Shown here: in pieces, positions 37,788 through 47,745 of the stretch
How the letters are laid out: every line of letters starts with the position of its first letter
How positions within the stretch are numbered: the stretch's first letter is position 1
DNA from: Candidatus Omnitrophota bacterium
GTDB lineage: Bacteria > Omnitrophota > Gorgyraeia > Duberdicusellales > 4484-171
Direction: 5' to 3'
DNA: 64,000 nt
Assembly: GCA_037146775.1 (NCBI GenBank)
Contig: JBAWWL010000001.1
Location: 325,464 to 389,463, forward strand
The notes under the pieces: model-generated
The model's database searches: none
What the model was told of the DNA's origin: nothing
The model's input: the letters and a program-made list of their open reading frames with translations, nothing else
Position numbers and translations under genes: made by a program

Positions 37788-37988
37788 ATGTTTGCTATGG
37801 ACAAGAAGAGCAAGACTTACAACATTCCAAAGACGGCAGAGTTTCTTGGTGTGCATGAGATGACGATTCGGTATTGGATTCGCAAAAAATGGGTGACGCC
37901 TCAGCGCGATTACAGAAACTATCCTGTATTTACGGACGAGGACATAAAGAAGATTGAGCTGTGGCGTAACACTTTGAGGAAGCCATGA
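37788..37988 (+). CDS. MerR-like HTH protein, candidate recombination directionality factor
   Basis: AEFLGVHEMTIRYW...RDYRNYPVFTDEDI; ATGA-coupled to the recombinase. Confidence 0.75.
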   Translation: MFAMDKKSKTYNIPKTAEFLGVHEMTIRYWIRKKWVTPQRDYRNYPVFTDEDIKKIELWRNTLRKP

Positions 37989-39619
37989 AAGTAGCGATAT
38001 ACACGAGAGTTTCTACTGAAGACCAAGTGCGTGAGGGGACTTCTCTTGAGGTTCAGAGGGAGTATCTTGAGGCTTTTGCCAAAAGAGAAGGATGGACAAT
38101 TTATTATCCTGAACGCGGAAAAATTTATATGGACGATGGTTACAGCGGGAACTTGCGGGATAGGCCAGCACTGAACCGGCTACTTTTTGATGCTAGGGCA
38201 AAAAAGTTTGACATTGTTCTGGTCTACAAGATAGATCGCTTTGCTAGAAATAATCGCATGCTCCTGAATCTTGTTGAAGAACTCAGCGAGCTAGAAATTG
38301 GTTTTAAAAGTGCAACAGAATCTTTTGATACAGTGAGTGCTGCTGGAAAAATGGCACTGAGCATGCTTGGAACAGTAGCACAGTTTGAGAGGGACAGAAT
38401 CATTGAGCGCGTATTTCCCGGAATGGTCAAAGGAGTCCAGCGCGGCAATTGGCAGGGCGCAAGATACTCGCCATACGGCTACAGCTACAACAAAGAAAAA
38501 AAAGTCCTCGAAGTAGTAAAAGAGGAAACGGAAATAGTCAAACTTATTTATACGATGTATCTTGCAAACCAAAGCACACCACAAATCGCGGGCTACCTAT
38601 ACAAGAAAGCATACAAGACCAGAAGCGGCGGAAAATTCCACACAAAACTCATAGGCGATATTTTGAAAAATCAGGTTTACTTGGGAAAGCTTGTGTGGAA
38701 CCGACACCACTATGACCAGAAGCAAAAGACAAGAAGGGGATACAAGTATGTAAAGAATGAAGCTTCGAAAATAATTGTTGCTGATGGAAGACACCAACCA
38801 ATAATAAATCCAGAAGATTTTTTGCTAGTACAAGACAAGCTAAAAGGCAACAGGCGAGGAGTCATGCATCGGGCAGGAGTAAAAGAATACCCCCTCTCAG
38901 GAATCTTGTTCTGCGCTAAGTGCGGCCACAAATATTTGGGAGCAGCAAACATATCTAATCATCGCGAAAAAATAAAGAAGAGATGGTACAGGTGCAACGC
39001 CCGCCAAGTACACTTCATCAAGTGCCCGAACAACTCTATTCGCGCAGAAATCTTAGAGCCACAAATTTATGGCATCATCGAAACCATCCTTCAACACCCA
39101 GAAACGACCTCTACGCGCATGCAAAACATAGTAAAGACGAGAATGGAGATAGGCGACACTGATCTCAAGGCAGAGAAAGAAGACTTGAAGGATGCTCTAC
39201 GAAAGAACCTTGAGAAGCAGCACAAGCTGAACGATACCTACTTAGCAGACCTCTTAGCAATAGAAGTATACAAAGACCAATCAATCCTTCTGCGCGAAGA
39301 AGAGAAGGAGCTAAAGAAGGCCATAGCCAAAGCAGACATGAAACTTGTCGAAAAAGAACGCTCACAAGAATACGAACGACTCCTGCGAAGAATTACAGAA
39401 AATTTTGAAGACACAAAGAAAAAAATAGATATAGTAACCAAAAAAGAGCTGCTTCAACTCGTATTCAAAAGAATAGTGGTAAATGACGGCAAAATAGAGG
39501 ACTTTGAACTATACAAGCCCTTCAAAAGGCTTTATGAGGAGCAAAAATGCAAGACAAAACCAATAGCGACAGCCACAAAGGACGACTCGTATATATTGCA
39601 ACCTACGGCTGTCAGATGA
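37985..39619 (+). CDS. Large serine recombinase (integrase)
   Basis: YTRVST catalytic Ser, DRFAR, PYGY, Zn ribbon CAKCG...C..C, coiled coil. Confidence 0.95.
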   Translation: MKVAIYTRVSTEDQVREGTSLEVQREYLEAFAKREGWTIYYPERGKIYMDDGYSGNLRDRPALNRLLFDARAKKFDIVLVYKIDRFARNNRMLLNLVEELSELEIGFKSATESFDTVSAAGKMALSMLGTVAQFERDRIIERVFPGMVKGVQRGNWQGARYSPYGYSYNKEKKVLEVVKEETEIVKLIYTMYLANQSTPQIAGYLYKKAYKTRSGGKFHTKLIGDILKNQVYLGKLVWNRHHYDQKQKTRRGYKYVKNEASKIIVADGRHQPIINPEDFLLVQDKLKGNRRGVMHRAGVKEYPLSGILFCAKCGHKYLGAANISNHREKIKKRWYRCNARQVHFIKCPNNSIRAEILEPQIYGIIETILQHPETTSTRMQNIVKTRMEIGDTDLKAEKEDLKDALRKNLEKQHKLNDTYLADLLAIEVYKDQSILLREEEKELKKAIAKADMKLVEKERSQEYERLLRRITENFEDTKKKIDIVTKKELLQLVFKRIVVNDGKIEDFELYKPFKRLYEEQKCKTKPIATATKDDSYILQPTAVR

Positions 39620-40809
39620 ATGTTCGCGATAGCGAGGCGCTTCTGGGGCTTTTTTTAGAAAAAGGTTATAAACAAGCGCGGGGTTATGAAGACGCAGACG
39701 TAATCTTGCTTAATACTTGTTCGGTACGTGCTCACGCCGAACATCGCGTCCAGTCCATTATAGGCTCTTTTAAGAAACTATTCAGACTCAATACTCACGA
39801 CTCGCGACTAAATACTAAAAAAATAATTGGCCTTATTGGTTGCATGGCACGTAGTCAAGGCCAGGAAATTTTTAAGCGTATGCCGCATGTAAATTTGATC
39901 TGTGGGCCGGCAAGTTTGCATAAAATACCGGAATATGTAGATAGGATCTCAAAGCGCAAAGTGCAAAGTGTAAAACAAGAAAACAACTTACGAATAATTG
40001 ATTTAGAGGATATAGACAGGGAGGAAGAATTTTACGATGCTGGATTTAGGGTAGACTCGGATCATGCGCAGGTAGTGATCTCAACTGGTTGTTCTAACCA
40101 CTGCTCTTACTGTGTGGTTCCTTTTGTGCGAGGCGCGTTGCGCTTACGCGCTCCGCAGGATATTATCGCAGAAGTTAAGCGTAATGTCGTACTTGGTATC
40201 AAAAAAATTACACTTCTGGGGCAAAATGTGAATGATTACCAATTTAACCCACAGTCTATAGTTTGCGGTAGACACGCTAAAAATGTTATACTCAATACTC
40301 AATACTCACAACTCAATACTAAAGTTAATTTTGTTGATTTATTAAAAATGGTAGAAGAAGTAGAGGGGGTTGAGGAAATTGATTTTCTTACACCACATCC
40401 TAAAAATACGACCAAAGAACTATTTAAATTAATGGCCAAATCAAAGAAAATAAAAAAGTACTTACATTTGCCATATCAGGCCGGTTCTGATAGAATCTTA
40501 AAGCTTATGAATAGGGGTTACACCAAGAAAGAATATCTTACGTTAGCAAAGGACTATAAAACTATTGTCGGCGGCACTATAGGAACGGATATCATAGTTG
40601 GTTTTCCTACTGAAACCGAGGAAGATTTTCAACATACCAGAGATATTTTAGAAAAAGTTAAGTTTATGGGCGCCTATATTTTTAAATATTCACCCCGTCC
40701 CCATACAGAAGCTTTAAGCTTGGATGATAATGTTTCTTTGGCAGTTAAAGAAAAACGCCACAAGATCCTTTTAGATTTACAAAAAGAGATTTCAAATTCA
40801 TGCAGATAA
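39547..40809 (+). CDS. miaB: tRNA 2-methylthio-N6-dimethylallyladenosine synthase
   Basis: TYGCQMN, NTCSVR, CxxxCxxC (CSNHCSYC), TDIIVGFP; no TRAM domain. Confidence 0.93.
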   Translation: MQDKTNSDSHKGRLVYIATYGCQMNVRDSEALLGLFLEKGYKQARGYEDADVILLNTCSVRAHAEHRVQSIIGSFKKLFRLNTHDSRLNTKKIIGLIGCMARSQGQEIFKRMPHVNLICGPASLHKIPEYVDRISKRKVQSVKQENNLRIIDLEDIDREEEFYDAGFRVDSDHAQVVISTGCSNHCSYCVVPFVRGALRLRAPQDIIAEVKRNVVLGIKKITLLGQNVNDYQFNPQSIVCGRHAKNVILNTQYSQLNTKVNFVDLLKMVEEVEGVEEIDFLTPHPKNTTKELFKLMAKSKKIKKYLHLPYQAGSDRILKLMNRGYTKKEYLTLAKDYKTIVGGTIGTDIIVGFPTETEEDFQHTRDILEKVKFMGAYIFKYSPRPHTEALSLDDNVSLAVKEKRHKILLDLQKEISNSCR

Positions 40810-41531
40810 AATATATTATTTTAACCTTTGCGATACTATTGTTTCAGTCGGCAGCTTTTGCTTTTACTGTTGATGATGTATACAAGGATTATCTCAGTGA
40901 TGATTGTGAGTCGGCCTTAATAAAGGCAAAAAAGCTAAAGGAGGATGACGATGTATTGTATATATTAGGATTGGTGTATCTTAAAATCGGGAATTATCCG
41001 CAAGCGCGGGACTATTTTCAAAGATTACAAAATAATTTTCCCCGTTCCGAATTTTATCAGCAAAGCCTGCTTAAATTTGCTGACTCGTACTTTATGGAAG
41101 AGAATTTCCAAAAGGCAAAAACGCTCTATGAGCAAATTATTCAAAAATACCCTTCCTGTAATTACAAGTCGATGCTTTATCTGCGTTTAGCGCAGATAGC
41201 AAATAAAGAGGGCAACTGGGAAGAGAAGAAGAAATATACCAATCTTATAAAAGAAAAACATCCTCAATGCAGTGAGGTGCGTTTTATTGATACGCTTGAT
41301 TCTGGTTGCGATTTTTTTACCGTACAAATTGGAGCATTTAGCAGCAAAAAAAATGCCTATGCCCTCATGAAAGAAATTTCTCAAGAATATGAAGCATACA
41401 TCGCAGAGGATGCACGAGATGGCCTCACGCTTTATAAGGTTAGGATTGGTAAGTTTAAGGAGCGTAAAGAGGCGACACGCTTATCAATAAAACTTCTCAA
41501 AAAAGGATACCCTGCGCGGATATACCCGTAA
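40800..41531 (+). CDS. Exported TPR + SPOR domain protein
   Basis: Signal peptide, TPR helices, FTVQIGAFSSKKNA...YKVRIG. Confidence 0.85.
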   Translation: MQIKYIILTFAILLFQSAAFAFTVDDVYKDYLSDDCESALIKAKKLKEDDDVLYILGLVYLKIGNYPQARDYFQRLQNNFPRSEFYQQSLLKFADSYFMEENFQKAKTLYEQIIQKYPSCNYKSMLYLRLAQIANKEGNWEEKKKYTNLIKEKHPQCSEVRFIDTLDSGCDFFTVQIGAFSSKKNAYALMKEISQEYEAYIAEDARDGLTLYKVRIGKFKERKEATRLSIKLLKKGYPARIYP

Positions 41532-41553
41532 TTAAAATGGCTTAAAGTATCTG

Positions 41554-42459
41554 ATGCCAAATATCATTTTTATCGTAGGCCCCACCGCTACCGGCAAAAC
41601 TGAATTAGCCTTCCGATTGGCTAAATCTATCAAAGCTCAAATTATTTCCTGTGATTCGATGGCTATTTATAAAGAGCCGCAGATTATCACCTCTAAGCCT
41701 ACCGAGCGTATGTTGCAAGAGATACCCCATCATTTTGTAAATATTGTTTCCGTAGAGGATACTTACAGTGTTTTTGATTACTTTACTTCTGCTACGAAAA
41801 CAATACAGGACATATTCGCACGAATATGTCCTGTAGTTGTGTGTGGGGGTAGCGGTCTGTATGCTAAGACGATCCTTGACGGTATATTCGATGGGGTAGG
41901 CGCAGATGCATCTTTGCGTAAAGACTTAGAAGAAAAAGCCCGTCATTACGGAAAAGATTACGTACATCAGGAGCTAAAAAAGGTTGATCCCGAAACAGCC
42001 GCAAAAGTGAATGATGTAAGAAGAATTATCAGGGCTCTTGAAGTGTACCATATAACGGGGCTGCCTATGTCCAAGAAAAAACAACAAGCAAAGGGGCTTT
42101 GGAGTAGCTTACCGATAAAAATATTCGGTGTACATCTTACGAGAGAAAACCTTTATGATAGGATACATAAGCGCGTTGATGAAATGTTTGAAAAGGGGGC
42201 GGTCCGGGAGGTTGAGGGGCTGCTGAAATTGAAATTGAGTCTTACCGCGGAAAAGATGATCGGAATAAAAGAAATCTCTGGATATTTAAAAGGGGAGTAT
42301 AATATAGAGAAAGCCCGGGATGAAATGAAGAAAGCTACGCGGCATTTTGCAAAACGTCAATTGACGTGGTTTAGGGCGGATAGGCGGATCGAATGGCTAC
42401 GGGCTGACGATTTAGATACCGAACATATTACAGAGCGCGTATTGGATAGTATAAAATAA
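41554..42459 (+). CDS. miaA: tRNA dimethylallyltransferase
   Basis: GPTATGKT, DSM, GGSGLY, RRIIRALEV, AKRQLTW. Confidence 0.95.
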   Translation: MPNIIFIVGPTATGKTELAFRLAKSIKAQIISCDSMAIYKEPQIITSKPTERMLQEIPHHFVNIVSVEDTYSVFDYFTSATKTIQDIFARICPVVVCGGSGLYAKTILDGIFDGVGADASLRKDLEEKARHYGKDYVHQELKKVDPETAAKVNDVRRIIRALEVYHITGLPMSKKKQQAKGLWSSLPIKIFGVHLTRENLYDRIHKRVDEMFEKGAVREVEGLLKLKLSLTAEKMIGIKEISGYLKGEYNIEKARDEMKKATRHFAKRQLTWFRADRRIEWLRADDLDTEHITERVLDSIK

Positions 42460-42506
42460 TAAAGAGGGAATGGCCTTTTATCCGGCCGCTACCCCTAAAG
42501 GAGATT

Positions 42507-43775
42507 ATGCACGAAACACAAAAGCAGGAAAAAGCTATTCTGGTAATGGTAGAAATGGGAAAAGAGAAATGGTCCCACGAAATCTTAGCCGAGGAATTTA
42601 AGCATTTGGTTGTTTCTGCCGGCATTGAAGTGAAAGAGATGATAACGGCTAAACGCCACGAAGTGAATCCTGCCCTTTATATAGGAAAGGGTAAAGTAGA
42701 AGAATTAGCACTTCTAGTCAAAGAGGAGGGTGTTGATACGGTTATTTTCAATAATAACCTCGGTGTTAGTCAACAGCGTAATCTTGAGGATGTTTTTGGT
42801 GTTAAGACGATTGATCGTACCCAGCTTATCCTGGATATCTTTGCCGCGCATGCCCGCAGCCAGGAAGGTATTTTACAGGTTGAGTTAGCTCAGCTTGAGT
42901 ATCTTTTACCTCGGCTTAAAGGCAAAGGCACAATGCTTTCTCGGCTTGGCGGTGGTATTGGAACCCGCGGTCCTGGCGAAAAGAAGCTTGAAATCGACCG
43001 GCGATGCATTAGCGATCGCATTACCAGTTTAAAGTATGAAATAAGCGCGCTAAGCCAGCATCGCGAAACTATGAGGAAAAAAAGGGAAAAAGAAAATATC
43101 GCCATATGCTCGCTGGTGGGTTATACCAGTGCAGGGAAAACTACAGTATTTAACGCCCTTACTGAAAGCAACGAGAAAACATCCGGTTCTTTGTTTACAA
43201 CGCTTGATACGGTAAGCCGGGTATTCCCGGTGCATAATACCGTAAAAGCGATTCTTACTGATACCGTTGGTTTTATTTATAAGTTGCCGCTTAATCTGGT
43301 CGAAGCGTTCAAAGCGACGCTGGAGGAATTAAACTATGCAGACGTATTGTTACATGTGGTAGATGTCGCCAGCAATGACATTAATCGTTTGCTGAATTCT
43401 GTCGGTTCTACCCTGGAGGAGCTTAAGCTTGAAACGAAACCGACGATTCTGGTATTTAACAAAATCGATAAAGTGTCGTCGCAGTATGTAGAACAGCTTC
43501 AGCGCCAATTTCCCGAAGCAGTCTTCGTATCGGCATTAGAAAAAACAAATCTTGAGGTTTTGCGGGAACGGATATATCAGATGATCGGTAAAGACACGGT
43601 TGAGGCGATCATAAAGTTTCCTTTTACCCGTATGGAGCTGGTTAACTTTTTGCACGCCAACTGCGAAATTATGAAAACGAATTATCAAGAGAACGAAGTG
43701 GTGTATTGGGTGAAGACAAAACAACCCTTCTTGGCATACATAGCAAAACAGGGCGCGCAGGTTAAAAAAATGTAA
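42507..43775 (+). CDS. hflX: GTPase HflX
   Basis: GGGIGTRGPGE, GYTSAGKT, DTVGF, NKID. Confidence 0.95.
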   Translation: MHETQKQEKAILVMVEMGKEKWSHEILAEEFKHLVVSAGIEVKEMITAKRHEVNPALYIGKGKVEELALLVKEEGVDTVIFNNNLGVSQQRNLEDVFGVKTIDRTQLILDIFAAHARSQEGILQVELAQLEYLLPRLKGKGTMLSRLGGGIGTRGPGEKKLEIDRRCISDRITSLKYEISALSQHRETMRKKREKENIAICSLVGYTSAGKTTVFNALTESNEKTSGSLFTTLDTVSRVFPVHNTVKAILTDTVGFIYKLPLNLVEAFKATLEELNYADVLLHVVDVASNDINRLLNSVGSTLEELKLETKPTILVFNKIDKVSSQYVEQLQRQFPEAVFVSALEKTNLEVLRERIYQMIGKDTVEAIIKFPFTRMELVNFLHANCEIMKTNYQENEVVYWVKTKQPFLAYIAKQGAQVKKM

Positions 43776-43872
43776 AGACGCTTTTTTGTCTGCCCTCGAA
43801 AACAACGCCTGCCATCAGGTGGCTCGGCCACGTCATTATTGCTGTAGTTTTACAATACTGTATCGTACAATA

Positions 43873-44122
43873 TTTAATCGACGCGCAGATAACCCTGGCA
43901 AAGCCAGGGTTAAAATGCGCCAAAGATTATCTTCCGGGATGCCTTTATACCGTGAAAATTTTGATAGAAAATTTTTACGGAGCATCACGGAACCTATTGG
44001 CCGACGAGGTTGCGGGAAATTCTCTTCGACAATTTCCCGCATATCCAGCCGAGTCGGGAATATCCAGAGAAACCACGGGCTTTAGTTCAGCAGGCCGAAG
44101 GCCTGGTGGATAGCCCGTGGAG
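43873..44122 (+). repeat. Modular hairpin repeat element (REP/MITE-like), copy 1
   Basis: Near-identical to 51292-51472 plus a 69-bp extra hairpin. Confidence 0.9.
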
Positions 44123-44184
44123 TTTAATTTAATAAATACTTCAATATTTTTTAATAAATAGTTTGAAATTTTTCAAATAAAATA

Positions 44185-44213
44185 TTGACAGAAAATTAAA
44201 AATATGTTATACA
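44185..44213 (+). promoter_or_regulatory. Sigma70-type promoter TTGACA-N17-TATACA (extended -10)
   Basis: Consensus -35, 17-bp spacer, TG motif. Confidence 0.65.
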
Positions 44214-44222
44214 TTATTTGAG

Positions 44223-44510
44223 ATGAGAGGAGGCAAGAAAAAAGCAAAACCTGGCTTTGAGATTGATATACCGCAGGACGAGCCGGTATTTCCTTTGAAT
44301 GTAGTATGTAATCTCGTGCACCTGCACTACTGGACATTACATGAAATTTTAAAAGAGGGGATAGTGGAACCGAGGAAAAAAGGCAAGAATAAAAAACTAT
44401 TTTCCTATCAGGACATTAAGCAGCTTAAATATGTAAAATACCTTATAGAAGATAAAGGGGTTAATATTAAAGGAGTAAAAATAATCTTAGAAATGCGAGA
44501 CGAAGAATAA
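44223..44510 (+). CDS. MerR-family (HspR-like) regulator
   Basis: DEPVF..VCNLV.LH.WTL...KGVNIKGVKIILEM; upstream of clpB. Confidence 0.75.
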   Translation: MRGGKKKAKPGFEIDIPQDEPVFPLNVVCNLVHLHYWTLHEILKEGIVEPRKKGKNKKLFSYQDIKQLKYVKYLIEDKGVNIKGVKIILEMRDEE

Positions 44511-44528
44511 AAAATTTTTGATCCGTAT

Positions 44529-44555
44529 TTAGCACTCTCAAGGCAGAAGTGCTAA
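44529..44555 (+). promoter_or_regulatory. CIRCE operator upstream of clpB
   Basis: TTAGCACTC-N9-AAGTGCTAA (1 mismatch). Confidence 0.88.
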
Positions 44556-44671
44556 GAAGGGTGTTATTTTTAAGATAGTACTTTCTAAACAATAGATAAA
44601 ATATTATTAGCCGGAAGGGTGATTTGAACAATATCTAATTAAGGGAAAAGTTTTGTCCAAGGAGGACAGAA

Positions 44672-47254
44672 ATGAACTTAGAAAATTTTACCCTAAAAGC
44701 ACAGGAAGCCATTACTAGGGCGGTTGCGATAGCTAAAGAGTATCACCAGCAAATACTTTTGCCGGAGCATATTTTAGCTGCCTTACTTGAAGATTCCCGG
44801 GGTATTGCTCGGGAAATCTTTGGCAAAATAGCGGTAGATACTCGGGATATAGGCGGCAAAGCCCAGGAGTTTCTCAAGAATCAGCCTAAGGTGTATGGCC
44901 AGAGCAAAGAAGTGCAGGCTGCTGGTCGCTCGGTGGATGTGTTAAATGATGCTAAGCGTTACGCAAAAGATTTTGGCGACGAATATGTGAGCTCCGAACA
45001 TCTTTTGTTGGCGATAGTTAAAGATCGAAGCGGTTTCCTGTATGAATATTTTTCCAAGCAAGGTATAGCTTTTGACGATGTGCTGCGTATTGTTAAAGAA
45101 GTGCGTTCCGGGCATCAGGCAGATTCGGCATCTGCCGAAGACACTTACCGGGCATTAGAAAAGTTTGGCAAAGATTTAACTGAGCTGGCTAAAAAAGGAA
45201 AACTCGATCCGGTTATAGGCAGAGACCAGGAAATTCGTCGTCTTATCCAGGTTCTGAGTCGAAGAACAAAAAATAACCCCGTTTTAATCGGTGAACCTGG
45301 TGTAGGGAAGACTGCTATAGCCGAAGGCCTGGCCCAGCGTATTTCTCTCGGCGATGTTCCGGAAGGCTTAAAAGACAAGAAAATTATTGCGTTAGACCTT
45401 GGTGGCCTTGTGGCCGGCACGAAATTCCGCGGTGAATTCGAAGAACGCCTCAAAGCGGTATTAAAAGAGGTCGAAGCCAAGGAAGGGGAAATCATTCTTT
45501 TTATCGACGAACTGCATCTTTTGGTCGGCGCAGGAGCTGCCGAGGGGGCAGTCAGTGCGGCGAATATGTTAAAGCCGGCATTGGCTAAAGGTATATTACG
45601 TTGTATTGGCGCAACCACGCTTGATGAATACCGTAAATATATCGAGAAAGACGCAGCGCTTGAGCGCAGATTTCAGCCTGTGATGGTTGAGGAGCCTAGC
45701 GTAGAACAAACTATCGCCATCCTAAGAGGCTTAAAAGAAAAATACGAGGTTCATCACGGTATACGCCTGAAAGATTCTGCCATCATAGCGGCGGCGGTAT
45801 TGTCCGACCGTTATATTAGCGAGCGTTTCTTACCCGATAAAGCTATCGATCTGATTGATGAGGCAGCGTCAAAATTACGTATTGAGATTGACTCAAAGCC
45901 TGAAGAGGTAGATAAGCTTGAGCGTAAGATCGTGGAATTGGAAATCCAGAAACAGGCTTTGATAAAAGAAAAGGATGAGGCCGGGAAGGAACGGTTCAAG
46001 AAAGTAGAAGAAGAAATCGGTCAGCTTTCAAGAGAGCTGAACGCATATAAAGAGCATTGGCAGAAAGAAAAAGAGCTGATTACAAAAATACGTAAAGCAA
46101 AAGAAGAAATCGAAGCGCTTAAATTAGCTTCTGTAGAATTACAAAAAGAAGCTCAGCTTGATAAGGTTGCCGAGATACGTTATGGCAAGGTTCCTAAGCT
46201 CAGTAAAGAAGTGGATGAGTTGAACAAGGAACTTATAAAGCTGCAGAAAAAAGACAAAATGCTTAAAGAGGAAGTCGACGAAGAGGATATCGCGGAAATT
46301 GTCAGTCGCTGGACAGGTGTTCCGGTCTCGCGCTTGATGGAAGAAGAGGTCGCAAAATTAGTGCGTATGGAAGATGAATTAAGAAAGCGGGTGGTGGGCC
46401 AAGACAATGCGATTAAGGTAATCTCAGACTGTATCCGCAGGTCCCGTTCCGGCTTGGCAGACCCGGCGCATCCTCTTGGTTCTTTCATTTTTCTGGGACC
46501 GACCGGTGTCGGCAAAACCGAGTTGGCAAAAGCTTTGGCCTGGTTTTTGTTCAACAGCGAACACAATTTGATCAGGATCGACATGAGTGAGTATATGGAA
46601 AAATTTTCTGTGTCGCGCTTGCTCGGTGCGCCTCCCGGCTACGTCGGTTATGATGAGGGAGGGCAATTGACCGAACAGGTGAGAAGAAAACCATACGCAG
46701 TGGTGCTTTTCGATGAGATTGAAAAAGCACATCCAGATGTGTTTAATGTGCTGCTGCAAGTGCTTGATGACGGCCGCTTAACCGATTCGCAGGGCCGGAT
46801 CGTGAATTTCAAAAATACGGTCATTATTATGACCTCCAACATTGGCAGTGAATATTTTAATGATCCTACTATGTATCAGAAGGGCATAGAAGAGAAGATC
46901 AGGGTAGAGCTAAAGAAGTATTTCCGTCCGGAATTCATTAACCGGTTAGATGAAATTATTATCTTTAACCAACTGGATCTGGAAGCAATTAAACATATTG
47001 TGGATATTCAGGTGGATATCCTAAAAGAAAGATTGAAAGATAGAAAAATAGCGGTAGAATTAACTCCAAAAGCTCGAGAATTTATCGCCGAGAAAGGTTA
47101 TAGTCCCGAATATGGCGCACGGCCGCTCAAGCGAACTATCCAGAAGTTGATCGTTGATCCTTTGAGTGTTAAACTGATCAGTGCAGAATTTATCGATAAT
47201 GACACTGTCATTGTTGACGTTCAGAATAAAGAAATTAGTTTTAGAAAGAAGTAA
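44672..47254 (+). CDS. clpB: Chaperone ClpB
   Basis: Two AAA modules ([16 protein letters not shown]) and long middle coiled coil. Confidence 0.96.
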   Translation: MNLENFTLKAQEAITRAVAIAKEYHQQILLPEHILAALLEDSRGIAREIFGKIAVDTRDIGGKAQEFLKNQPKVYGQSKEVQAAGRSVDVLNDAKRYAKDFGDEYVSSEHLLLAIVKDRSGFLYEYFSKQGIAFDDVLRIVKEVRSGHQADSASAEDTYRALEKFGKDLTELAKKGKLDPVIGRDQEIRRLIQVLSRRTKNNPVLIGEPGVGKTAIAEGLAQRISLGDVPEGLKDKKIIALDLGGLVAGTKFRGEFEERLKAVLKEVEAKEGEIILFIDELHLLVGAGAAEGAVSAANMLKPALAKGILRCIGATTLDEYRKYIEKDAALERRFQPVMVEEPSVEQTIAILRGLKEKYEVHHGIRLKDSAIIAAAVLSDRYISERFLPDKAIDLIDEAASKLRIEIDSKPEEVDKLERKIVELEIQKQALIKEKDEAGKERFKKVEEEIGQLSRELNAYKEHWQKEKELITKIRKAKEEIEALKLASVELQKEAQLDKVAEIRYGKVPKLSKEVDELNKELIKLQKKDKMLKEEVDEEDIAEIVSRWTGVPVSRLMEEEVAKLVRMEDELRKRVVGQDNAIKVISDCIRRSRSGLADPAHPLGSFIFLGPTGVGKTELAKALAWFLFNSEHNLIRIDMSEYMEKFSVSRLLGAPPGYVGYDEGGQLTEQVRRKPYAVVLFDEIEKAHPDVFNVLLQVLDDGRLTDSQGRIVNFKNTVIIMTSNIGSEYFNDPTMYQKGIEEKIRVELKKYFRPEFINRLDEIIIFNQLDLEAIKHIVDIQVDILKERLKDRKIAVELTPKAREFIAEKGYSPEYGARPLKRTIQKLIVDPLSVKLISAEFIDNDTVIVDVQNKEISFRKK

Positions 47255-47266
47255 GAAAGGAGAGCT

Positions 47267-47605
47267 ATGCGAGTTGAGGTGACGTATAAGAATGTAGAGA
47301 AAAGCGAATTTCTGGAAAATGTAATTGATAAGGATTTAGAAAAGATAGGGCGAAGGATCCAGATGTTTCGAGAAAATGACCCGATACATATTACCGTGCA
47401 TCTTGAAAAGAGCCAGCATTGCGAAGAATATCTCTGTAATTCCCATATTTATCTGCCCAAGCGAGTTTTGAGGGCAGATAGCCGCGAAAGTAATATGGCT
47501 ACAGCGATCAACAAAGCATTTGCTGCGTTAGCGAAACAGTTAGAGAAGCTTAAATGTAAAGTTGAAGCGCATCTAAAAAGAAGAGATACCCGGCAAACCC
47601 GTTAA
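47267..47605 (+). CDS. HPF/RaiA-family ribosome-associated protein
   Basis: MRVEVTYKNVE...AINKAFAALAKQLEK pattern. Confidence 0.75.
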   Translation: MRVEVTYKNVEKSEFLENVIDKDLEKIGRRIQMFRENDPIHITVHLEKSQHCEEYLCNSHIYLPKRVLRADSRESNMATAINKAFAALAKQLEKLKCKVEAHLKRRDTRQTR

Positions 47606-47673
47606 GATTGCTTGCTTAAAGCTTGTTGCATTCAAAAAGCTTCATAGCCAGGGAAAACTTAAGAAACCAAAAC

Positions 47674-47731
47674 TTGACTATAAAAACTTTATATGTTAAT
47701 ATTTTTGGCACTCTCCAGCTATATTTGCTAA
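47674..47731 (+). promoter_or_regulatory. Promoter TTGACT-N17-TAATAT and CIRCE (47705-47731) upstream of hrcA
   Basis: TTGGCACTC-N9-ATTTGCTAA. Confidence 0.75.
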
Positions 47732-47745
47732 ACATGAGGTAATAT

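Larger units (their letters stand above)
1..39619. mobile_element. Large mosaic integrative element / defense island inserted at the 5' end of miaB; left end lies outside the window
   Basis: Defense, integrase, relaxase and coupling-ATPase genes; terminal large serine recombinase overlaps the miaB N-terminal TYGCQMN motif; abrupt switch to housekeeping genes after 39.6 kb. Confidence 0.85.

Noticed and set aside
1-39546. Left attachment site (miaB 5' remnant) or tRNA target within the window
   Set aside because: No second GGCTGTCAGATGAA-like copy or tRNA-like sequence found by eye; probably outside the window. Needs a computational search.
43786-44085. ORFs 43786-44085, 43836-44042, 51085-51342 and 51432-51689
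   Set aside because: They read through the palindromic repeat element or antisense to dnaK/dnaJ; no protein motifs.
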